Made by a program: the position numbers and the translations under genes. Below are positions 25,633-34,560 of a stretch of 64,000 bases of DNA, in pieces (position 1 is the stretch's first letter; each line of letters starts with the position of its first letter). This DNA comes from Deltaproteobacteria bacterium (GTDB lineage Bacteria > Desulfobacterota > Desulfobacteria > Desulfobacterales > C00003060), in contig JAFDKF010000001.1 of NCBI GenBank assembly GCA_019307135.1, positions 6,104-70,103 of the forward strand, read 5' to 3'. The notes under the pieces were generated by a model, which made no database searches, was not told where the DNA came from, and saw only the letters and a program-made list of their open reading frames with translations.

Positions 25633-25980
25633 ATGAGCAAATACATGCAATTGACGATTCGCATCCGCCCCTATTACAAGAAGAGTTTTAAGAAGGCATA
25701 CCCCAGACTTGCCCATCGCCTCAGTTATCTGGATGAGGCATGGGTGGAGGAGGATCCTTCACTCTTTGAAATCATAGGAAAGCTTGACCAACTCCTGTAC
25801 CAACTGGAAGGCGACCCGCCTTTTAGAGAGCTTCTCCTCCAGCACAGATCAGCCCTTCACAGACTCTACGAGGACATAGAGGAACGTATTGGCGACTGGC
25901 AGCTAGCAAAGGCCGATCAGCTTCTGTATAGAATAGAGGATATTTTTGACGACATAGAAGACGAGTTGGGCGGGTTATAG
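25633..25980 (+). CDS. Hypothetical acidic helical protein (115 aa)
   Basis: ORF with a GAGGA RBS upstream of ATG 25633. No recognisable motif. Confidence 0.5.
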   Translation: MSKYMQLTIRIRPYYKKSFKKAYPRLAHRLSYLDEAWVEEDPSLFEIIGKLDQLLYQLEGDPPFRELLLQHRSALHRLYEDIEERIGDWQLAKADQLLYRIEDIFDDIEDELGGL

Positions 25981-26001
25981 ATTATGATTTTGGTTTTTCT
26001 A

Positions 26002-26307
26002 TCATGATTTTCTCTTCGACGTGATAGCTTCTATCTCCTGGCGGATGAGTTTCTTTCTGGACCAGCGCTGGAGCTTTCCGATCAGGCCATATTCATAGGC
26101 CTGGTCCACCTTTTCTTCCTGTAGCTTGAGGCCTTCAGGGCCGCGCATGGCTGCCTGGAGGCACGACTTGGCATAAGGGCACCTCATACATTCGGGCGGG
26201 ATTGTGCGTAGTCCCTCCTCGCCTACAGGAAAAACCGTGTCAAGCTGACCAAAGCACTCCGGATGTTCAATGATTTGGGATTTGGGATTTGGGATTTGGG
26301 ATTTCAT
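26002..26307 (-). CDS. Hypothetical small Cys-containing protein (PECFG...PECMRCPYAKSC)
   Basis: ORF-track ORF 26002..26337. The first plausible ATG is 26307 (MKSQIPNPKSQIIEHPEC). Codons 2-11 are encoded by a heptamer repeat, so the start assignment is fragile. Confidence 0.45.
   Translation of the reverse strand: MKSQIPNPKSQIIEHPECFGQLDTVFPVGEEGLRTIPPECMRCPYAKSCLQAAMRGPEGLKLQEEKVDQAYEYGLIGKLQRWSRKKLIRQEIEAITSKRKS
26272..26303. repeat. Tandem heptamer (GATTTGG)x4, i.e. GGGATTT units
   Basis: Four perfect units at 26272-26299 plus a partial one. It overlaps the predicted 5' end of the 26002..26307 ORF. Confidence 0.9.
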
Positions 26308-26388
26308 TTGACTACACTCTACACGTAGGGTGGGCATTGCCCACCGATTACCGCGTTCCGAGTTGACAAGGGATTTCGTTTGGCCTTT

Positions 26389-26806
26389 GAGCTTGTTGAC
26401 AGTCGGATTCTCAGTACCACAGAGATGGAAAAAAGGAAAGCCTTAGACGAATCAGAGACGCCGCGTCAATCGATTATTAGACTGTCGCCGAGCGTCATAA
26501 ATCCCGCTGATCATTGAATATGAAGATGTATTAAGACGTGGGAAACTTCCTGCTTCCATTTCAGAAAAGGATATCAGCGATTTCATCGACTTTTTCTGTT
26601 ATGTAGGTGATCACCAAGAAATTTTTTTCCTCTGGCGACCTTTCTTACCGGATTCATCTGATGACCTTGTTCTGGAAGTTGCAGTGGCAGGGGGTTGCGA
26701 TGCAATTATAACGTACAACAAACGTCATTTTAAAAACGTTGAAAAATTCGGTTTGAGAATTCTTGATCCAAAAGAATTCCTTACCGAGATAGGAGTAATA
26801 TCATGA
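26389..26806 (+). pseudogene. Decayed PIN-domain toxin (TIGR00305-like); no start codon and a frame break near 26500
   Basis: The 3' frame reads LIIEYEDVLRRGKLP...DDLVLEVAVAGGCDAIITYNKRHF...; it opens just after TAA 26498-26500 and has no ATG. An upstream frame reads ..LVDSRILSTTEMEKRK..IIRLSPSVI and ends in TGA. The stop overlaps the antitoxin ATG. Confidence 0.55.
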
Positions 26807-27039
26807 GTACCTTGAGTTTGCGTATCCCAAATTCTCTCCATGAACAGATAAGACAATTGGCTAAGCGTGAGGGCATTTCCATCAATCAGTTTGTCGCCTC
26901 TGCTGCTGCCGAAAAAATGGCCGCGCTATTGACCGAGGAATACATTGAAACAAGAGCAAGAAGGGCAAGTTTAAAGAAATTCCAGAAAGTACTGAAAAAG
27001 ATACCGGATGTAGAACCGGAAGATTACGATAGAATATAA
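26803..27039 (+). CDS. Ribbon-helix-helix / HicB-like antitoxin
   Basis: MSTLSLRIPNSLHEQIRQLAKREGISINQFVASAAAEKM is a typical RHH antitoxin N-terminus. ATGA overlap with the PIN remnant. Confidence 0.7.
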   Translation: MSTLSLRIPNSLHEQIRQLAKREGISINQFVASAAAEKMAALLTEEYIETRARRASLKKFQKVLKKIPDVEPEDYDRI

Positions 27040-27277
27040 CTCATAAATTCTGCAGAACAAAGCCCATGCACTCAGACGGCGAGCAGCGGCGTCTGAGTGA
27101 CTTCAGATCTCAGTGTAGCAACAACCCATAGTTGTGCCATCACCTCATCCCCGCTGGTGATGGCCGATGTTATGCATAAAAGGAAATGATTATGCTTAAA
27201 GTGGTATAGTTGTAGCCCAATTAAGGATACAATCTTTACCGTTAGCAACCATGCTTTATAACTTTAGGTGACAGAGC

Positions 27278-27709
27278 ATGCTCGACTACAGCTTCAAACT
27301 CGACTTTCAGGTTCGTGATTACGAATGTGATATGCAAGGCATCGTCAATAACTCTGTGTATCAAAACTACTTGGAGCACACGCGCCACGAGTTCTTGAAG
27401 ACACTCGGAATGGATTTCGCTGAAGTAACGAGGCGAAAGATCCTTCTTGTTGTGATCCGATGTGAACTCGATTACAAGTACCCTTTGCGAAGTGGCGATA
27501 GTTTTTGGGTCGGACTGAACCTGCAACAGGTATCTCGCATCCGGTTTGCCTTCCTGCAAGACGTATACAGATATCCGGACAATCGACTAATTCTGAATGC
27601 CAGGATTATTGGAACAGCGATGAACGAAAAGGGGAGGCCGAAGCTACCTCCCGAGATTGCAAAGGCGTTAGGCCAGAGTAGCATGAACACAAACAGTTTA
27701 AAAGATTGA
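27278..27709 (+). CDS. Acyl-CoA thioesterase, YbgC/4HBT hotdog family
   Basis: VRDYECDMQGIVNNSVYQNYLEHTRHEFL matches the 4HBT catalytic-Asp region. About 140 aa. Confidence 0.75.
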   Translation: MLDYSFKLDFQVRDYECDMQGIVNNSVYQNYLEHTRHEFLKTLGMDFAEVTRRKILLVVIRCELDYKYPLRSGDSFWVGLNLQQVSRIRFAFLQDVYRYPDNRLILNARIIGTAMNEKGRPKLPPEIAKALGQSSMNTNSLKD

Positions 27710-27736
27710 TAGGAAATTAAGAGTAAAATTAAAAAG

Positions 27737-27963
27737 GGGTCGGGCCAAGCTATGTTGCTGATATTCGTAGAAATGATCAGGAGATATGGGCTGATATTGG
27801 CCCTATAATGGCATTTTGGGGTCAAAAAGGAGCGGTTTCAGCAGGCGCACATGGCGAGAGCAAAGTGATATCTTTGGTACTAAAAATCTCGATATTGATG
27901 CTGAAAACAGCTATTTCTGAAACATTAATCCAGATATTTCAACATGATAGCTTGGCCCGACCC
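27737..27963. mobile_element. MITE-like element D (227 bp) with a perfect 17-bp TIR
   Basis: GGGTCGGGCCAAGCTAT (27737-27753) is the exact reverse complement of ATAGCTTGGCCCGACCC (27947-27963). No credible ORF inside. Confidence 0.65.
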
Positions 27964-28259
27964 TATTTGCTGTCAAGATTCTCACCCTTACGTTTGCGTC
28001 CGGCTTAATTCAATCATTATTTATCGCTGTTTCCTGCCATGTCCAGGCCTATCAGCGTGGAGAGTGCCTTGAGGAAACGTTTTTGAAAGCTGAGAAAGGG
28101 CCTGCAGTTATTACCAGAATTTTTCCATGGGGTTCTAAACCTCAAGGAGAAGTTTTTTCACCTTTGCATCTTTTTGGGGATCCCTCCCTTGTGGTAATCA
28201 AATCAGAATAAGTGAAGAAAAAGCTCATCTATTTACTAACAGGAAGGAATTGATAAAAT

Positions 28260-29012
28260 ATGGCAAGTGATATAAACAATAAAAGGCCGCAGAATCTCCT
28301 GCTCGTTGCCTTACTTATAATTATTACCCTCTTTACAGCATTCCATGAAGGGTATCTCCTATCAATATCTGCCCTCTTCTGGGGCTCGCTCATTGCTGGT
28401 TTTTCAATATCTGCATGGCTTGCCTTGAGCATCTCAACCAGACGGCTTCTATCCCTTATGCTCGGTATATTCATCATTGAATATGTCAAAGAGGCCATAG
28501 GGATAAGGTCGAGGCTGTGGACTTATCATGGTGTTGGAGGCCATTTCAATTTTGGCGTGTGGGCATGGGTATTGGGGGGCCTGGTAACTTATACCCTGTC
28601 AATTAGAGTAGTGATAAGGCTCATAAGAAAGCTAAAACTCTCTTTACCCGGATGGTTGAACCCGGTCATTCTGATACTCATATCTTCGTTGATCCCCTTG
28701 ACCCTGGGTGACTATTGGATTGGGGCAGGAGGCTTCTTCTGGTCATTTTATGCCTTGCTCTTGATAGCAGGCATCTATACATCCGTCAGGATGGAATTTG
28801 CTGTCTTCGCAGGTATTGTTATTACCGCCTGGATTATCAGCAACCCCAGTGAGTATTTAGGGTCTGTAAGCAGCGGGGTGTGGACCTTTACCCATAACCC
28901 TGATTATCCCCCTTTCTTCCTACTCTTTGGTTGTTGGCCTTTAGAGATACTGGCACAATATTCACTATCGGCCTTTTTGGCTAACGAACCCTTAGATAAA
29001 GATACCTTTTAG
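28260..29012 (+). CDS. Hypothetical polytopic membrane protein (250 aa)
   Basis: Multiple hydrophobic helices. No motif recognised. Confidence 0.6.
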   Translation: MASDINNKRPQNLLLVALLIIITLFTAFHEGYLLSISALFWGSLIAGFSISAWLALSISTRRLLSLMLGIFIIEYVKEAIGIRSRLWTYHGVGGHFNFGVWAWVLGGLVTYTLSIRVVIRLIRKLKLSLPGWLNPVILILISSLIPLTLGDYWIGAGGFFWSFYALLLIAGIYTSVRMEFAVFAGIVITAWIISNPSEYLGSVSSGVWTFTHNPDYPPFFLLFGCWPLEILAQYSLSAFLANEPLDKDTF

Positions 29013-29029
29013 AAATATGGAGGTGAGCC

Positions 29030-30568
29030 ATGATTGAGGTGACCAGGGAAGAGAAACACTTAAAGACCTTTATGGTAATAAGTGCCATAACTTATCTCGT
29101 GGTGGGGTTTGCCTTTGTACTTATGCCTGAACAAATACTTAGGGCGTTCAACCTAATCTCCCGAATCATAACACCCAGCTTTCCAGAGACGCCTATATCG
29201 GTAGAGAAGTTCTGGCTGTCCATGACGTTTTCCATGATGATGACCATTGCAGCCCTGTGCTATATTGCCCAGCATAACATCAGGAAGAACAAGGGTTATG
29301 TCATTCCACTGCTCATCTCAAAGTCCGCATCGGCTCTGTCTGCTCTATGCTTCTTCATTTTCTCGGCCAGGTACCTTGCTTATCTGGGCATATTCATAGT
29401 CGATGGTTCGATCTTCTGGATAACTCTCTTCTTTTACATCAAGGCCAATAAGGCATTCTTTGAAGCCCAGACCGCCTATTTGAGAAAAAAGCCGGTCATC
29501 CCCAAGAGTACAGGCCCCACAACCGTAGTAGCGCTAAAAGGTGATGATAAGTTCGAGCTTTTGGACAGGATTTTGGATCAGACGGGATTCTCTGAGATTC
29601 TGGACAGACGCTTTAAAGAGACAGGCAAGTCCAAGGAGGACTTCTCTGTGGTGATCAAGCCCAACTTCATGTATATGCACGCCAAAAAAGACATCTCCAC
29701 ATATACCGACCCCGAGCTTGTGGAGGCTCTCATCAACAAGATCGCTGAAAGGGGATTCCCGAATATTACGATTGTAGAGGCCCAGAGCACCCTTGGGAAT
29801 TATTACCAGAATAGAGAGGTGGTAAAGGTGGCCGAATATATTGGATATTCGACCAACAAGAACTATCGAATCGTTGACCTGACGGAGGAGATGGTCCCAT
29901 ACGACTACGGCGGAAGGTTGGGTAAGCACGTTGTTGGACCTACATGGAGGGATGCAGATTTCAGGATTTCTTTTGCCAAGAACAAGACCCACGTATTCTG
30001 CCACTATACCCTCACCTTGAAGAATATCTACGGTACCCTCCCCATGCAGAATAAATTGAAGGAGTACCACACAAAGAGGGAATACGATTGGCCCACCATA
30101 GAGACCCTGAAACACTTTCCCGTCCATTTCGGTCTAATCGATGCCATCTACAGTGCAGATGGACAATTTGGAGTTATAGTAGATGCAAAACCAAACCATA
30201 CCAAAGCAATAATCGGGGGTGAAAACCTGATGGCAGTGGATTGGGTAGGGGCCAAAAAGATGGGCCTTGATCCCGACGATCCCAAAGTGGGACGCTTTCT
30301 TCCCCTGGCTTTGGAAGCCTTTGGAAAACCCGAGATAAACTGGGTGGGAGACAGGTCTGTATATGATCCCTGGGAGAATGTCAGCGAGTTCTTTATCCAA
30401 TCTCTGGATATCATTGAAGAGGCGTATGCCTTCAGCGATTGGTGGTTCTCTGGTCTGACGGCTATGGATAAGTACTTCGCCTTTAAGAAGAGGGCATGGC
30501 CAATTCTAATTCTTAGGAAACTGTTGAGGCCATTTAAGCGCCTCTTTTTCAGGTACGATTACTTATAG
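29030..30568 (+). CDS. Membrane-anchored DUF362-domain protein
   Basis: About 140 aa of N-terminal TM helices, then a DUF362-like region (FSVVIKPNFMY...). RBS GGAGGTGA upstream. The family call is by eye. Confidence 0.55.
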   Translation: MIEVTREEKHLKTFMVISAITYLVVGFAFVLMPEQILRAFNLISRIITPSFPETPISVEKFWLSMTFSMMMTIAALCYIAQHNIRKNKGYVIPLLISKSASALSALCFFIFSARYLAYLGIFIVDGSIFWITLFFYIKANKAFFEAQTAYLRKKPVIPKSTGPTTVVALKGDDKFELLDRILDQTGFSEILDRRFKETGKSKEDFSVVIKPNFMYMHAKKDISTYTDPELVEALINKIAERGFPNITIVEAQSTLGNYYQNREVVKVAEYIGYSTNKNYRIVDLTEEMVPYDYGGRLGKHVVGPTWRDADFRISFAKNKTHVFCHYTLTLKNIYGTLPMQNKLKEYHTKREYDWPTIETLKHFPVHFGLIDAIYSADGQFGVIVDAKPNHTKAIIGGENLMAVDWVGAKKMGLDPDDPKVGRFLPLALEAFGKPEINWVGDRSVYDPWENVSEFFIQSLDIIEEAYAFSDWWFSGLTAMDKYFAFKKRAWPILILRKLLRPFKRLFFRYDYL

Positions 30569-30582
30569 GCATAGGAGTACGT

Positions 30583-31062
30583 ATGAAAACTAACGAGAAG
30601 TGGATGAGGTACCTTCGGTGGGTGTTGCTCTTTCTTGTCTTCTTTGATCTGTCCATAGCAATACCTGCCCTGTTCTTTCCCAAGTGGATCATCGAGATGG
30701 GAAAATTAAATTCCGACCTTGTGGTGGGAGCCATGTATCGCAGTGGACCAGTAGAGCCGATTTTTCTTCGTGGGATAGGTATATTATGGTTGCTCGCCGC
30801 TTATGTGCAGTACCTAGCCTGGAAAGATCCGGCCAAAAGACTTCAGGCCGTCAATATCGCACTTGTTTTTCGTTTTACCGGCGGGACCTTTGAACTCATC
30901 GAGGCAGCCTGGCTCTTGAGGACCGTTCAGTTTGGTGACTCCCTCATCTACTGGGTTCTAGGGGTCTTTGTGGCAGGAGATTACCTGCTGATAGCCGTCA
31001 TGATCCTTTTGTTGAAACGGCTTGACCTGAAGTGGTGGCAGATAGGAGGAAATTCAAAATGA
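30583..31062 (+). CDS. Hypothetical membrane protein (159 aa)
   Basis: Four predicted hydrophobic helices. It starts 14 nt after the DUF362 gene. Confidence 0.55.
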   Translation: MKTNEKWMRYLRWVLLFLVFFDLSIAIPALFFPKWIIEMGKLNSDLVVGAMYRSGPVEPIFLRGIGILWLLAAYVQYLAWKDPAKRLQAVNIALVFRFTGGTFELIEAAWLLRTVQFGDSLIYWVLGVFVAGDYLLIAVMILLLKRLDLKWWQIGGNSK

Positions 31063-31175
31063 AGGAACAATCAAGAAGACAATTTGCTAAATCATGAGCC
31101 TCTTGCAAAATTCTTAGAATGAGATGATTTTTTTGAGGCCAACGGGAGGCCAACGGGGACGTTCATAAAAAATCC

Positions 31176-31381
31176 ATGACCCCAAAATCTTTTTCTGAAA
31201 CTCTATATCATCCGCGGGATAGAGCGTCGCAAGATATTTTTGAACTATCTATTCGAGAAGCCGTCAAAAGATTCGAGCTGAAACCATGAGGTTGTTTTGC
31301 TACTGGGCTGTCAGAGAGTTAGGATACGGGTTGAGGGAAGACGCCGTTAAGGCTGTGGAGAACCTGAAGGCGGGTGAATAG
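31176..31381 (+). pseudogene. Internally deleted, frameshifted remnant of a RayT/IS200-like (COG1943-type) transposase with a DnaA-C-like HTH tail
   Basis: One frame reads ..LYIIRGIERRKIFLN.. (N-terminal motif). A second frame reads MRLFCYWAVRELGYGLREDAVKAVENLKAGE* (C-terminal HTH-like tail). No intact ORF. Confidence 0.4.
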
Positions 31382-31404
31382 GCCACGCACGGCGCGTCAA
31401 CCCT

Positions 31405-34400
31405 TCAGGCCGTTGGCCCGATGGCGAGCCTGGCCTTCAGGTTGGCCGCCAGATCGTGCACATCTTCCAGAATCATGTAGAGGGAGGGGACGAGCAGCAA
31501 CGTGATGCCGGTGCCGAAGAGCACGCCAAAGCCAAGGCTTATGGCCATGGGGATGAGAAATTGAGCCTGGAGGCTACGCTCCAGGAGCATGGGGGTTAAG
31601 CCGGCAAAGGTGGTCAAAGAGGTAAGGATGATGGCCCTGAAGCGCAGGGCACCGGCCCGGGTAATCGCGTCATGGGCATCTGTCCCCTGACTGCGGATCC
31701 GATTGGTCGCGTGAATCAATACAAGAGAGTCATTCACAACGACGCCGGCCAGTCCGACGATGCCGAACAAGCTCAGAAGGCTCAGGTTGTGCCCCATAAT
31801 CAGGTGCCCGAACACGGCGCCAATAATCCCGAAAGGGATGGCCGACATAACGATCAGGGGCTGGGTGAATGACTTGAAAGGAATCGCCAGCAGGGCATAG
31901 ATGCAAAAAAGTGCGATGCCAAAGCCCCTGACCACACCGGCCAAGGACTCTTTCTGTTCTTTGCCGGCCCCTTCTATGGTGTATCGCAAGGCCGGGTAAC
32001 GGTTTTTCAGTTCCGGCAAAAAGCGGCTCTCTAAATCAATACGTACCTCATTGGCGTTGGTGACCGTCTCATCCACGTCGGCGGTGACCTTGATCACCCG
32101 GAGGCGCTGGGCCCGCTCTATGGAAGCATATCCCTGCTCCATGCTCACCTCAGCCACCTGACTGAAAGGGACCTCGAAGCCGTCGGGCGTGCGGATGCGC
32201 ATCTCTTCCACATGGCCCAAGGACTTTCGTTCGGATTCCGGGTAGAGAACCATGACCTTGACCTCATCCTGGTCCCGCTGCAAACGCAAAGCCTCGGCCC
32301 CGTAAAAGGCATGCCGCACCTGCTGGGCCAGGTCGTTTAACGTCAGGCCCAGGCTGCGGACTGCCGGTTTCAGTTTGAGCTGCATTTCTTTTTTGCCAGG
32401 CAAGAAACTGTCGCTCACATCAAACACCCCGGGATAACCTCTCAGTTCCTTCTTGAGTTCGTCCGCCGCAGCCAGAAGCTGGTCGTGATCGTCTAAAGAC
32501 AGGTGAACCTCAACAGGATTGCCTGCACTGAAAAGCGCACTCCGGAACGTGATAGCCTCGGCATCCGGGATGACACCCGCCTTTTTGCGCCATAACGCAG
32601 CGAGTGTAGTCGCACTAACATCCCGTTGTTCGCCTTCCAGGAGCTGGACCCTGACCTGGGCCAGATGCCCGCCCACCTGCGGCCCGGATGCCATGGGGCC
32701 GTGTCCCCCCGAGTGACGTCCGATCAAGGCTCTGCTGTGTTCAAAAAGCGGCGGCGCGTCCTTGGGCCGCTTTTTGTCCATTTCGGCCAAGGCTTCTTTT
32801 ACAGACCGCTCCAAATGGGTGACGATCTCTCTCGTACGTTCAACCGGTGTGCCTGCCGGCATGGTTAGGGAACCTATCAAAGTGTCACTGTCTATCTTGG
32901 GGAACAAGGTGAACTTGATCCACCCGCCTCTCCATACTCCCAGTGTCAACAGGAGCATGGCGATACCCAGGGCCACTGTGGCGTAACGCCACCTGACACA
33001 GAAACTGACTAGTTTGGCATAAGGGCCATTGATGAACCACCGCAGCCACCGCACCATGCGCTTTTCTTTTTTGGGGCCTCTCCTACGGCCGGCCGCTCCA
33101 TGTTTGGATCGAGATAGGTGGGCCGGTAGAATCAGCAGCGACTCCACCAAGGAGCCGAGCAAGACCAGGATCACCACAATCGGAATGTTGCGCATGACCT
33201 TTCCCATGGTGCCGGTCCCCAAAAGCAACGGCCAGAAGGCCACCACCGTGGTCAGGACAGCAAAAATCACAGGACGGCCCACTTCCAGTGCGCCTTGCAC
33301 TGCAGCATTAAGAGGCTCAAGCCCCTCGTCTTGCTTGCGAAAGATATTCTCGCCAACGATTATGGCGTCATCCACCACAATACCCAACACCGTAATGAAA
33401 GCAAACAGGGAAATCATGTTGATGGACACATCAAATCTGGGCAAAACCCAGATCCCGGCTGCAAAGGAAATCGGTATCCCCAAAGTGACCCAAAAGGCCA
33501 GTCGCAGGTTTAAAAACATCCCCAACAGGATACTCACCAGGATCAGACCTATGGCCATGTTTCTCAACAGCAGGTCAATGCGGCTCCGCAATATCTTGGA
33601 CCGGTCCCGATAAAAACCTATCTCCACCCCCGCAGGAAGGCTGGACCTGATCTTCTCAATGTAGCGCTTGACCGTATCGGCCACGGTCAGGGCATTTTGA
33701 TCGGCCACCCGGAAGACCTCGATAACGCCGCACGGTTTGCCTTGAAATTGGGACGTGAGATCCACATCCTCAAATCCGTCTATGAGGTTCGCGATTTGGC
33801 CCAGTGTCACATTGCTGCCGTCAGCCCGGGTAATCACGGCCACGTCCTGATAATCCGACGCATGGTAACGCCGGCCCTTGGTTCGGACCAGGATTTCGCC
33901 ACCGGCTGTCTTGACGCTGCCGGCCGGCAGGTCCAGGCTGGCCCTTCTTACGACTTCGGCTATCTTGCCAAGTGTGACCCCGTAACGGCGAAGGGTTTGC
34001 TCAGAGATTTCAATATGAATTTCGCCCTGGCGTATGCCGGAGAGCTCGGCATAGGTGATATCCGGCAGATTGGTAATGTCGTCTTTGATCTTTTCGGCTA
34101 AGTGCTTGATGCTTGATTCCGGTGCATCACCATAAACGGCGACATTAATCACCTGGGTTTGCCGTGTCACCTCCCGGACCACGGGTTCTTCCGCCTCTAC
34201 GGGAAAGGTGGTAATGCGGTCCACCTCGGCCTTGACCTCGTCCAGAAGCTCCTTTATATCCCAGTCCTTTATGACTTCCAGGCTTACCGAGCCGAACCCT
34301 TCTCTAGCCACGGAATCGATGCGCTTGATACCGGCCAGGCCGGCTACGTTTTCCTCAATCCGGCGGACGATGGCCTCCTCCACCTCGGCCGGTGAGGCAC

Positions 34401-34560
34401 CAGGATATGCCATGCTGATGGAGATTCGGTCCAATGAAGTCTCGGGAAAGACCTCCAGTTTCATGGTCAGGCCTGTGACCACACCTGCCAACAAGAGAAA
34501 GACCATGAGCAGATTGGCGGTAACGTGATTTTCCGCGAACCAGGCGACGATCCCTTTCAT
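31405..34560 (-). CDS. RND efflux pump inner-membrane permease (AcrB/HAE1-like)
   Basis: 1051 aa with the 12-TM RND layout. N-terminal IVAWFAENHVTANLLMV; typical VVDDAIIVGENI and SIERAQRLR segments. Confidence 0.9.
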   Translation of the reverse strand: MKGIVAWFAENHVTANLLMVFLLLAGVVTGLTMKLEVFPETSLDRISISMAYPGASPAEVEEAIVRRIEENVAGLAGIKRIDSVAREGFGSVSLEVIKDWDIKELLDEVKAEVDRITTFPVEAEEPVVREVTRQTQVINVAVYGDAPESSIKHLAEKIKDDITNLPDITYAELSGIRQGEIHIEISEQTLRRYGVTLGKIAEVVRRASLDLPAGSVKTAGGEILVRTKGRRYHASDYQDVAVITRADGSNVTLGQIANLIDGFEDVDLTSQFQGKPCGVIEVFRVADQNALTVADTVKRYIEKIRSSLPAGVEIGFYRDRSKILRSRIDLLLRNMAIGLILVSILLGMFLNLRLAFWVTLGIPISFAAGIWVLPRFDVSINMISLFAFITVLGIVVDDAIIVGENIFRKQDEGLEPLNAAVQGALEVGRPVIFAVLTTVVAFWPLLLGTGTMGKVMRNIPIVVILVLLGSLVESLLILPAHLSRSKHGAAGRRRGPKKEKRMVRWLRWFINGPYAKLVSFCVRWRYATVALGIAMLLLTLGVWRGGWIKFTLFPKIDSDTLIGSLTMPAGTPVERTREIVTHLERSVKEALAEMDKKRPKDAPPLFEHSRALIGRHSGGHGPMASGPQVGGHLAQVRVQLLEGEQRDVSATTLAALWRKKAGVIPDAEAITFRSALFSAGNPVEVHLSLDDHDQLLAAADELKKELRGYPGVFDVSDSFLPGKKEMQLKLKPAVRSLGLTLNDLAQQVRHAFYGAEALRLQRDQDEVKVMVLYPESERKSLGHVEEMRIRTPDGFEVPFSQVAEVSMEQGYASIERAQRLRVIKVTADVDETVTNANEVRIDLESRFLPELKNRYPALRYTIEGAGKEQKESLAGVVRGFGIALFCIYALLAIPFKSFTQPLIVMSAIPFGIIGAVFGHLIMGHNLSLLSLFGIVGLAGVVVNDSLVLIHATNRIRSQGTDAHDAITRAGALRFRAIILTSLTTFAGLTPMLLERSLQAQFLIPMAISLGFGVLFGTGITLLLVPSLYMILEDVHDLAANLKARLAIGPTA

